DNA of 31,282 bases, from contig DATLVW010000883.1 of the NCBI GenBank assembly GCA_035577085.1, positions 1 through 31,282 of the forward strand, given 5' to 3'. The translations under genes were made by a program, and so were the position numbers. This DNA is from Thermoanaerobaculia bacterium. Lineage in GTDB: Bacteria; Acidobacteriota; Thermoanaerobaculia; Gp7-AA8. The notes beneath the pieces are model-generated. The model made no database searches. It had not been told where the DNA came from and saw only the letters and a program-made list of their open reading frames with translations. Positions 8,284-16,162 of this stretch are shown here, piece by piece (the first letter of the stretch is position 1; each line of letters begins with the position of its first letter).

Positions 8284-8310
8284 CCACATCGGACTGTGCG
8301 CACGATCACC
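8284..8310. promoter_or_regulatory. CRP/FNR-like motif between ADH and DUF488
   Basis: CCACA-N6-TGTGC-N6-TCACC. The right box matches TGTGA-N6-TCACA at 8/10. Confidence 0.5.
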
Positions 8311-8334
8311 AGGGAGCTGTGCTAGTTTTTCGCG

Positions 8335-8739
8335 ATGTCGTTGCGGACGTATCAGGCAGGCTCGCCTCGAAAGCCGGGCGAAGGGCTTCGGATCGGTACC
8401 GTCCGATTTCCACCGCGCGGCGTGCGCAAGGAAGACTACGCGCGGCTCGATTTCTTCGACGTCTGGTTTCCCGTTGTCGCGCCGTCGCGCGAGCTGCTGG
8501 CCTGGGTGAAGAAGCACGACATCGCCAACGATGCTGCGTCGATGAGGACGTTTCAGAAGCGCTACGCGCGCGAGTTGGAGAGCGATCCTGCGGCGCGGTA
8601 CTCGGTGCTGCTGCTTGCGGCGTTGGCGCAACAGACGGCGATCTCCATCGGATGCTTCTGCGAGGACGAGAACAACTGCCACCGTTCGATCCTGAAGACA
8701 GTGATTGAGAAGGCAGCGGCGGCGCTGCCGGAGCGATGA
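8335..8739 (+). CDS. DUF488 (YeaO-like) family protein
   Basis: GLRIGTVRFPPRGVRKE, VWFPVVAPSRELL, FQKRYARELE and CFCEDENNCHRSIL motifs. Confidence 0.85.
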   Translation: MSLRTYQAGSPRKPGEGLRIGTVRFPPRGVRKEDYARLDFFDVWFPVVAPSRELLAWVKKHDIANDAASMRTFQKRYARELESDPAARYSVLLLAALAQQTAISIGCFCEDENNCHRSILKTVIEKAAAALPER

Positions 8740-10214
8740 GAGGCGGCATGCTGCGCCGCCTCTACTTCGGTCTCGCGCTTCTGGCTCTGGCTCCGATCTG
8801 GAGCGCGTCTTACTTGCCGACCTCGGATGGTCCTTCCCACCTTTACAACTCGTGGGTTCTGCAGCAGCTCGTGAGGGGAAGTCATGGTCCGGTCGCGGAT
8901 TGGTATGCCATCGACTGGAGGCCGCTTCCGAACTGGCTCGGACACGCGGTGATGGCGCTGTTGATGATGGTCGTGCCGCCGCTGATCGCTGAAAAGCTCC
9001 TCGTCAGCGGCATCGTGCTCCTCTTTCTCTACGCGATCTGGAGATACGCCGGCGCGGCCGATGAATCGCGTCAGCTGTTTGCCTTCCTGGCGTTTCCGTT
9101 CGCGTACAACCTTCTTCTGCAGCAGGGCTTTTACAACTTCTGCATCAGCGCGGCCCTCTACTTTCTCGTGCTCGCCGTCTGGTGGAAGCGCCGCGACACT
9201 CCGGACGCACGCACGATCGCCGTCGTGGCTGGCCTGCTGCTCCTTTGTTACTTCTCGCATCCGATGTCGACGGTCCTCGCGATCGGATCGATCGGCATTC
9301 TCTGGCTGGCGACGTTGCGTGGCCGGCCGCTTGCGATCCACGCGCGGCACCTCGTTGCGCTGCTTCCGGTTCTGCCGCTGCTGGCGTGGTTCTTTCGCGT
9401 GCAAGGCGTTTCGCTGGCGCGGGCGCCGGTCAGCGCGGCCGGTCTCTTCAGCTACATCATGAGGATGTGGGTGCTGCTCACGTTCGACGAGTTTCAAGCG
9501 AAGCTCGGCTTCGCGCTCTTCCTCGCTCTGGCCGGGTTGATCATCATTACTCTGATTCGCCGGCGATGGCGTTGGAGCGAAGGAGATGCGTTCATCCTCG
9601 TCACGCTCGCCCTCGTTGTCGTCTACGCGCGCGCTCCGGCAGCATCGTCGGGAGGGACGATGATCATGGAGCGGATGGCGCTTTTCGTCGTCCTTTCGCC
9701 GATCGCCTGGCTGGCACCACGCCTGCCGCGACGAGCCACGATCGCACTGGTCATCGTGCTTTCCGTAGTTTCCGTCGCATACACCGGATATCTCGTTCGG
9801 CGCTACCGCGGCCTCTCGCGGCGCGTGACGGAGCTTGTACGCAGCGCGGATGCGATCGGGCGCGGGACGGCTTTCGTTCCTCTGATTCGCGAGGTCCGTC
9901 CGCACGGATCGTTCGTTGCCGTGCAGATGCACGCCATCGATTACGCGGCGATCGAGAAGGGCTCCGTCGACATCGCCAATTACGAAGCCGCCGCCGGATT
10001 CTTTCCCATCCGATACCGATCCGGCATCGCGCCACCCGACACGAACACAGCCGGCCCGAGGGCGAGCGAAGTCGATCTCACCGCATACCTCGCCCGCGTG
10101 CCTTACGTCTTCCTCTGGCATGTTCCCGATGACGCACCGGTGATGTCGCAACTCGCCACGTGTTGCGAACGTGTCGGCGCGTCAAACGGTGGCCGCGTGT
10201 ATTTGAAACATTGA
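8736..10214 (+). CDS. polytopic membrane protein, possible GT-C-fold glycosyltransferase
   Basis: Many hydrophobic segments, an N-terminal loop PTSDGPSHLYN and a soluble C-terminal domain. ATGA overlap with DUF488. Function is inference. Confidence 0.7.
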   Translation: MRGGMLRRLYFGLALLALAPIWSASYLPTSDGPSHLYNSWVLQQLVRGSHGPVADWYAIDWRPLPNWLGHAVMALLMMVVPPLIAEKLLVSGIVLLFLYAIWRYAGAADESRQLFAFLAFPFAYNLLLQQGFYNFCISAALYFLVLAVWWKRRDTPDARTIAVVAGLLLLCYFSHPMSTVLAIGSIGILWLATLRGRPLAIHARHLVALLPVLPLLAWFFRVQGVSLARAPVSAAGLFSYIMRMWVLLTFDEFQAKLGFALFLALAGLIIITLIRRRWRWSEGDAFILVTLALVVVYARAPAASSGGTMIMERMALFVVLSPIAWLAPRLPRRATIALVIVLSVVSVAYTGYLVRRYRGLSRRVTELVRSADAIGRGTAFVPLIREVRPHGSFVAVQMHAIDYAAIEKGSVDIANYEAAAGFFPIRYRSGIAPPDTNTAGPRASEVDLTAYLARVPYVFLWHVPDDAPVMSQLATCCERVGASNGGRVYLKH

Positions 10215-10264
10215 TTGGGCCCGGCACCGGGGAAAGCTCTTCGGTGCCGAGCCGGTATGGAACG

Positions 10265-10717
10265 CTACCGCTGGCCCATCCCGCCCATCGCGTGCGGATG
10301 ACGGAACGCCTTGCCGGCTGCCTGCAGCGCTTCGAATTTCGTCTTCTGGTCCGGCGTCAGGGTGGCGACGAATTTTGCTTCCGAATCGCCGGCCAGTGCC
10401 CGGATGGCCTGGCGCGCCGCGCGAAGGGACAGCGTCAGTTTACCGACCGTGGCCGGATCAGGAGGTGTGGCCTTCATCGCGGTGTCGAGCTGGTCGCGGA
10501 GGTCGCGCGCGTTCTGCACGAGCGGCTTCATCGCCGTTGCCTGCGCTTCCCGCAACTGCTTCCAGGTTGCGAGCTGATCGGGCGTCGGCTGCAGAACCTG
10601 CACGAGCAGGGCGCCCATCCGTCCACCGCGTTGCGGTGGCGCGCCTGCCAGTTGTGCCGAAGCGATTGCTGCGACGAGCAGCGCGATTGCCATGAGTGGA
10701 ATCCATCGTTTGTTCAT
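10265..10717 (-). CDS. Spy/CpxP-like periplasmic helical protein (LTXXQ-type motifs)
   Basis: Signal peptide MNKRWIPLMAIALLVAAIASA, PTPDQ and LTPDQ motifs, SD AAGGAAG before ATG 10717. Confidence 0.8.
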   Translation of the reverse strand: MNKRWIPLMAIALLVAAIASAQLAGAPPQRGGRMGALLVQVLQPTPDQLATWKQLREAQATAMKPLVQNARDLRDQLDTAMKATPPDPATVGKLTLSLRAARQAIRALAGDSEAKFVATLTPDQKTKFEALQAAGKAFRHPHAMGGMGQR

Positions 10718-10797
10718 CGTTTCTTCCTTTCGGTTGTCTCTCTGCTTCAACGAGAAGACGGACTCGATACGATTACGCGTACAGCGATCCAGCGATG

Positions 10798-10824
10798 CGT
10801 GATGGCCGTCGCATGGCGATGTGA
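10798..10824. promoter_or_regulatory. CRP/FNR-like motif upstream of the Spy-like gene
   Basis: CGTGA-N6-TCGCA-N6-TGTGA. Confidence 0.5.
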
Positions 10825-10841
10825 TGTCTCTGATCTGTGTA

Positions 10842-10900
10842 CATCTGCGTCATCTGCGGACAAAGGGTTCATCCGCAGATGACGCAGATGGGACGCAGAT
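10842..10900. repeat. nonamer-periodic hairpin (CGCAGATGA type)
   Basis: Perfect 19-bp inverted repeat CATCTGCGTCATCTGCGGA (10842-10860) / TCCGCAGATGACGCAGATG (10872-10890). Confidence 0.85.
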
Positions 10901-10909
10901 CAGAATCGA

Positions 10910-12145
10910 TCAGCCGACCGCGGCGGTGACGTGCGCCATCGCCTGCGTGAGGTCGGCCAGCAGATCGTCGAGGTCTTCGCATCCAACCGAGAGACGCACG
11001 AGACCGGCCGTGATTCCCTGCCGCCGTTGTTCGGACTCAGGCACGCTCTTGTGCGTCATCGAAGCGGGATGTTCGATCAGCGATTCGACGCCGCCGACCG
11101 ACACCGCGAGCGTGATCATGCGGACGCTGTTCATCAGGATGCTGCCCGCGGTGACGCCGCCGCGCATTTCGAACGCGATGATCGATCCCGGTCCGTCCAT
11201 CTGCTGCTGCGCGAGCTTGAACTGCGGATGGGACGGCAGGCCCGGGTAGCGGACCCACGCCACCTGATCGTGATCTTCGAGCCAGCGGGCGATGGAGAGG
11301 GCGTTCGTCTGCGCACGCTCGACGCGCATGCCGAGGGTGCGGATGCCGCGCAGGAGGAGCCATGATTGATGCGGGTCGATGGTGAGGCCGAACATGATCG
11401 CGGCGTCGCGCAGCGTCTTCAGCATCGACGGATCGCGCGCGACGACGACGCCGGCGATGACGTCGCTGTGGCCGTTCAGCGATTTGGTGGCCGAGTGCAG
11501 AACGACGTCCGCGCCGAGCTCGATGGGACGCTGCAAGTACGGTCCGGCGAAGGTGTTGTCGACGACGAGCGGAATGCCGGCGCCGCGCGCGGTGGCGGAG
11601 GCGGCGATGAGGTCGACGAGATCGAGCGTCGGATTGGCTGGCGTCTCGACGTAGATGAGACGTGTTTCGGGACGAATCGCCGCGGTCAGCGCCGCCGCGT
11701 CGGTGGCCGGCACGAAGGTCGACGTTACGCCGAGTCGCGAGAAGTAGCGCGTGAGCAAGCCGCGGGAAGCGCCGTAAAGCGGATCGGTGGCGACGACGTG
11801 ATCGCCGGCTCGCAACAGGGCAAGAAAGACGGTGCTGATGGCAGCCATGCCTGTGGCCGTGGCGACCGCGCCGCATCCGCCTTCGAGATCGGCGACGCAT
11901 TCTTCGAGCGCGTGCACGGTGGGATTCCCCATCCGCGTGTAGATCGGGCCGTCGGAGGTGCCGTCAAAACGGGCGGCGCCTTCTTCGGCGGTGGGAAAGG
12001 CGAAGGTCGAGCTCTGATAGATCGGCACCGATACCGCGCCGCGATGCGCCGCCGGATCGAGACCGCCATGAATTGCTTTGGTGTGCAGACGCTTCGCTTG
12101 GTTCGCCATGCGAAGAATGATCGCGTCGGGGTGGACCGGCCGCAC
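10910..12145 (-). CDS. PLP-dependent trans-sulfuration enzyme (cystathionine gamma-synthase/lyase, methionine gamma-lyase family)
   Basis: PIYQSSTF, YTRMGNPT, VVDNTFA, HSATKSLNGHSD (PLP lysine), GLVRLSVGCE. Alternative start ATG 12109. Confidence 0.92.
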   Translation of the reverse strand: MRPVHPDAIILRMANQAKRLHTKAIHGGLDPAAHRGAVSVPIYQSSTFAFPTAEEGAARFDGTSDGPIYTRMGNPTVHALEECVADLEGGCGAVATATGMAAISTVFLALLRAGDHVVATDPLYGASRGLLTRYFSRLGVTSTFVPATDAAALTAAIRPETRLIYVETPANPTLDLVDLIAASATARGAGIPLVVDNTFAGPYLQRPIELGADVVLHSATKSLNGHSDVIAGVVVARDPSMLKTLRDAAIMFGLTIDPHQSWLLLRGIRTLGMRVERAQTNALSIARWLEDHDQVAWVRYPGLPSHPQFKLAQQQMDGPGSIIAFEMRGGVTAGSILMNSVRMITLAVSVGGVESLIEHPASMTHKSVPESEQRRQGITAGLVRLSVGCEDLDDLLADLTQAMAHVTAAVG

Positions 12146-12155
12146 ATGTCGCGCA

Positions 12156-12182
12156 ACACACGATCATGTGATGTTGCGCACG
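12156..12182. promoter_or_regulatory. CRP/FNR-like motif upstream of the PLP enzyme
   Basis: ACACA-N6-TGTGA-N6-GCACG. Confidence 0.5.
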
Positions 12183-12199
12183 GGCTCAGAAAACCATTC

Positions 12200-12256
12200 A
12201 CCACGGAGACACTGAGATCACAGAGGGTTTCTCTGTGACCTCTATGTCTCTGTGGT
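12200..12256. repeat. nonamer-periodic hairpin (ACCACAGAGAC type)
   Basis: ACCACGGAGACACTGAGATCACAGAG ... CTCTGTGACCTCTATGTCTCTGTGGT, imperfect inverted repeat. Confidence 0.8.
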
Positions 12257-12270
12257 TGAATTGGTTCTGC

Positions 12271-12591
12271 TCAGTGCTTGGCCAGGCCGCGGATGAAGGC
12301 GACCAGCGAGCTGACGTCAGCAACGCTCAGCTTGGTTTTGTACGCGGGCATTTTGCCCTTGCCGTCCGAGATGATCTTCTGCAGGTCGGTATCGGACTGT
12401 TTCTGCACGTCGGCCGAGCTCAGATCGCGGATCTTCATCGACTTGCCGATCGAGGTGGCGCCTTTGCCGTCGGGGCCGTGGCAGGTCGCGCACTTTGACT
12501 TGTAGGTGTCGGCCGCGCCGGGGCCGGCAGCGAATGACACCGAGGCGACGAGGAGGGCGAGGATCATGATGGACAGTAATTTTCGATTCAT
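12271..12591 (-). CDS. class I monoheme cytochrome c (c6/c553-like)
   Basis: Signal peptide, CATCH heme motif, distal Met in KGKMPAY, SD GAAGGAG before ATG 12591. Confidence 0.92.
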   Translation of the reverse strand: MNRKLLSIMILALLVASVSFAAGPGAADTYKSKCATCHGPDGKGATSIGKSMKIRDLSSADVQKQSDTDLQKIISDGKGKMPAYKTKLSVADVSSLVAFIRGLAKH

Positions 12592-12658
12592 CTGTTTCTC
12601 CTTCAATTCAGTTGAGCATCATGCTGCTGGAATGCCAGGCAGCGCAATCTGAGCCTAC

Positions 12659-12690
12659 AAAAAAAAGGGTGGCGGCCGAAGCCGCCACCT
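12659..12690 (-). terminator. Rho-independent terminator of the multiheme cytochrome gene
   Basis: Minus strand GGTGGCGGC-TTCG-GCCGCCACC followed by C and a T8 run. Confidence 0.88.
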
Positions 12691-12712
12691 TCACAAAGCT
12701 ATATGACGACGA

Positions 12713-15700
12713 TCACTGCTTGGCCGGGATCGTGGTCGGGTCGTTGGTTTTCATGTCGATCAGAGATGCCGAGGAGAGAACGTTCGTTCCCTTCAGCACG
12801 GTGACGGTCGCGAAGCCCCAATCGAGGTCCGGCGCGTTCGCCCGGTTCTTGAACGGCTCGAGATCCTGCACGCCGCTGCCAACCGGAACGGTCAGGTTGT
12901 AGCTCGTGAGCGACTTGCCATTCGCATCGAACAGATTGATCGCGACCTGCGCTTCCGTTTTCCCGCCGTTGGTGACGACGAGGTTCGAGCGGTAAGCGTC
13001 CGTCTTCTGGCGGAGTCCGATCAGGCTGATCGTCTGGCCGACGGTGTAGCCGAGGTCGGCGACGCGGCCGTCGTAACTCTGGCCGTATGTGCCGTTGTCG
13101 GCCTGGTTGAAGATGCGGGTGGCCACGAGCAGCGGACGGTCGGAGCAGACTTCCAGCGCGCCGATGTTGCTCGGTCCCATGATCGCAGTCAGGTCTTCGA
13201 AGGCCTTCTGCGAATTGCCGTTGACCGTGCCGGTGGCTTCGAGATCGCCGCTGGCCTGGTGAAGGATGAAACGAAGCGACGCGGTCGACGACTCGAGGTT
13301 GCGCGCCACGAGATCGGTGCGCCACTGGCTGCCGGCCTGGCCTGCCGTGTGGCCGACCATCTCGCTCCAGTAGACGTAGTTGCTCTTGCAGGAGACGGCT
13401 CCTGCACCGTTGCCGAGTCCGCCGCCGATCGCGCTGTTGTTCACGCTGCCGGGGCCTGGTGTTGCGGTGGCCGAGGCGTTGAACGAGCTGACGGCGAAGT
13501 TCGAGATGTCGAGTGCTGAATTGACGAAGGCCGGGTTGTGAACGCCCATGCTCTTGTCGGCCAGCACCATGAAGTAGTTCCAACCAGCCTTGGCGATCGA
13601 CGGATCGGCGACCGAGTAGAGCTCGACGGCTGTGCCGCCCGGACGAACGATCTTCACCGTGGCCAGCGAGAGGTCACTGACTTTCGTTCCGCCGGTCAGC
13701 GTAACGTTGACTCCCTGGCGGCCGTGGCTGGAGATGAATTCGACGCCGGAGATGTCGGAGGCGTTCTTGATCGTCTTGAGGCCATTGAGGTCGATGGAGT
13801 TTCCGGCGCGGATCTGGGTGACCATCAGGTTCTTGATGGCGGTTTCCATCTGGGCCTTGAGCGTATCCATCTTCGCTTGCACCGGCGCCTGCACGGTGTC
13901 TTTGGTGATGTTGGTGTGGCACTTGTTGCAGATCGTGTCGCTGGCGGCGAACGCGTGGTTGGTGCCAACGTAGGAGCCGTCGGCATTCTGGAGCGCGAGC
14001 GCGGCTGGCGGATCGGTCGATTCCATGTGACACGACACGCACGAGTCCTGAATCATCGAGTGAAGTCCGCGCGTACCGACCTTCGTGAAGTAGAGGTTCT
14101 GGCCCATCACGATGTCGGCCTGCGGCCCTTCGTGCGGCGCGCGCGTGGCGTCGGCGACGGTGAAGTGTGAGTCGTCGCGAAGGTCCCGGCGGCCGTTGTG
14201 GCAGGTCATGCAGACCGCGCCGGTACCGACGCTCGTTGCTTTGAAGCCTGCCATCAGCAGGGGCGTGGTGCCCGTTACGCGGACTTTGGCGTTGGTGTTT
14301 TTGTCGCTCGAGGTGGTGCCGACGTCATGAGGATCGTGGCAGGCCGCACAGGTCTGCGGTTGGACTTCGTCCGCGGTCCAGGTGACGTTCAGATTGGCGG
14401 TGCTGAATCCGGTGTCCTGCCAGGCTACGAATCCCTGCGCGCTATGGCATTTCGAACACGTGGGATCCATCCCCTCGGCCACTGCGGTCGGGAAGTCGGC
14501 GTGCTTCGACAATTGCCACTGCTGGTAACGCCCGTGACGTGTCGGTTCTCCGTGACAGGAGCCGCATACGTCGGACGAGAGCGACATGCGCGAGCCGTCT
14601 TTCTTCATGTGGGCCACGCTGTCCTGCGGTCCATGACAGTTTTCGCACTGGATGTTCGCCATGCGCGCGGTGGCGGGGTAGTTGGCGAGAATCGTCGTCC
14701 AGTTCGTTGGCGTTCCGACGGTGAGCAAGGTGGTGGCGAGGAATGCCTTCCAGTCGGACGCTTCATCGATGCCGTTGTTCTGCACCGGTTTGGCGTTGAA
14801 GCCGACGGTGTGGCAGGAAAGACACGAGGAGGAGTAGTGACCGGCCGGCGTGGTGACGTTCTGCGTGAAGATCTCGGCGTGGCCCGACTTCGCCCACGGC
14901 GTGAAGAGATCGAAGTGCGGCGTGTTCTTGACGTGGCATCCCATGCACGCGGCATCGGCCACGGGACGGCCTGTCGCATCCTGTCCGGTGATGATGCCTT
15001 TCCATGTGCCGGCGTGAACGGTGATGGTGACCGGCTTCGCGGTCGCCAGGTCGAGAATGGTGAGCTGATAGGTGCCGGCGACGTCGGGCGTGAACTCGGG
15101 GTTCTGCGACGTCGGATCGAGCAGCGTGGCCGTCGATCCGGTGGGACCGGAGAGCGACCAGTTGTACTGCGCCTGCGTCTTGCCGTGCAGCAGCACCGGC
15201 AGCAGAATGGGGACGTTGCGTGTACCGGTGGCAGTCGACCACGGCGTGTTGCCCGCGACCGTTGCGGCGAAGTGATAGGTACCCGAGGTCGTCGTCACAG
15301 TGACGTCGAACTTGACGGCCGCGGAATCGGCCAGCGCGTGCGGCGATACCGAGGCAACCGTGAAGCGGTTCTGAAGGCCGCCTTCGAACGGGGTGACCGG
15401 GATATTGGCCGGATACTGCGAGTCAGCGATCGGCGCCTCTTCCAATGCCGTCAGCAGCGCCTCGCGGAAGACTTTCCTATCGGGAAGCGCGACGGTGACG
15501 GTGTCGGTGCCTGTGTTACTGAGCGTTGCCGCCGGGCCGCCGTTCTGGGTCCATTTGATGCTGACGAGCGACGATCCGTCGTTGATGACGACGTTGGCTT
15601 TCGCCGTGACCGTCGCACCCGGCACAGGATCGCCGGTGATTGCGGTGGTGACGGTAACGGGTGCAGCGGCCCATGCGCCGCCCGCGACTCCCAGAATCAG

Positions 15701-15757
15701 AATCCCCGCCAGCAATACGAGCAGAATGCGGTGATGACGATGTTTCCCTGTCTCCAT
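12713..15757 (-). CDS. secreted nonaheme c-type cytochrome with N-terminal Ig/PKD-like region and C-terminal beta-rich domain
   Basis: Sec signal peptide ending AWA; nine CxxCH motifs (CMGCH, CLSCH, CENCH, CGSCH, CSKCH, CAACH, CMTCH, CVSCH, CNKCH); heme-free C-terminal ~220 aa ending DMKTNDPTTIPAKQ. Confidence 0.9.
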   Translation of the reverse strand: METGKHRHHRILLVLLAGILILGVAGGAWAAAPVTVTTAITGDPVPGATVTAKANVVINDGSSLVSIKWTQNGGPAATLSNTGTDTVTVALPDRKVFREALLTALEEAPIADSQYPANIPVTPFEGGLQNRFTVASVSPHALADSAAVKFDVTVTTTSGTYHFAATVAGNTPWSTATGTRNVPILLPVLLHGKTQAQYNWSLSGPTGSTATLLDPTSQNPEFTPDVAGTYQLTILDLATAKPVTITVHAGTWKGIITGQDATGRPVADAACMGCHVKNTPHFDLFTPWAKSGHAEIFTQNVTTPAGHYSSSCLSCHTVGFNAKPVQNNGIDEASDWKAFLATTLLTVGTPTNWTTILANYPATARMANIQCENCHGPQDSVAHMKKDGSRMSLSSDVCGSCHGEPTRHGRYQQWQLSKHADFPTAVAEGMDPTCSKCHSAQGFVAWQDTGFSTANLNVTWTADEVQPQTCAACHDPHDVGTTSSDKNTNAKVRVTGTTPLLMAGFKATSVGTGAVCMTCHNGRRDLRDDSHFTVADATRAPHEGPQADIVMGQNLYFTKVGTRGLHSMIQDSCVSCHMESTDPPAALALQNADGSYVGTNHAFAASDTICNKCHTNITKDTVQAPVQAKMDTLKAQMETAIKNLMVTQIRAGNSIDLNGLKTIKNASDISGVEFISSHGRQGVNVTLTGGTKVSDLSLATVKIVRPGGTAVELYSVADPSIAKAGWNYFMVLADKSMGVHNPAFVNSALDISNFAVSSFNASATATPGPGSVNNSAIGGGLGNGAGAVSCKSNYVYWSEMVGHTAGQAGSQWRTDLVARNLESSTASLRFILHQASGDLEATGTVNGNSQKAFEDLTAIMGPSNIGALEVCSDRPLLVATRIFNQADNGTYGQSYDGRVADLGYTVGQTISLIGLRQKTDAYRSNLVVTNGGKTEAQVAINLFDANGKSLTSYNLTVPVGSGVQDLEPFKNRANAPDLDWGFATVTVLKGTNVLSSASLIDMKTNDPTTIPAKQ

Positions 15758-15926
15758 GACCTTTCTCCTTTTGTTCGTTCCGGAGGATGGCGATCACAGC
15801 GGGCCATGAAGGCAAACGCCGTCGCGCATCGATGGAGACACTCTGGATTCGCCGCGGACAGAAAGCTGTCCAGCCGGTCACCGTACCCACGTACGGAAAA
15901 TCACAGGTGTGCATGTCGGGAGAACG

Positions 15927-15958
15927 TCACCGACATGGGTGATGTCAACTTCTTCACG
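15927..15958. promoter_or_regulatory. CRP/FNR-like motifs upstream of the multiheme cytochrome
   Basis: TCACC-N6-GGTGA (15927-15942) immediately followed by TGTCA-N6-TCACG (15943-15958, 8/10 to the CRP consensus). Confidence 0.5.
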
Positions 15959-16162
15959 CGAAGCGGCTCTGAGGCAACAAAGGGATGATCGGCTAAACTG
16001 GCTCCCTCAGGGTAGACACGCCAACAAGCGCTCTCGGCTCACCGCTGTCTTCCATGGGCATTGCACACACCTGACTCACACAAACTAAGTGCTTGTCACC
16101 AACGTCGCGCTCGGTCACACTAAGCAGATCAATCGCTACTGAAGTGTGGTTTGGGAGGCTTC

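Noticed and set aside
10910-12145. Naming the PLP enzyme megL (methionine gamma-lyase)
   Set aside because: It reads LYGAS where methionine gamma-lyases usually have LYGC(T), so specificity within the family is unresolved.
12713-15757. NrfA or OmcZ assignment
   Set aside because: There is no CxxCK active-site motif, and size, heme count and architecture do not match.
15999-16017. tRNA 3'-end-like att remnant (minus strand GTCTACCCTGAGGGAGCCA) at the GC shift before the NACHT gene
   Set aside because: It is one nucleotide off tRNA spacing, there is no full tRNA, no second copy at the right flank and no integrase. Suggestive only.
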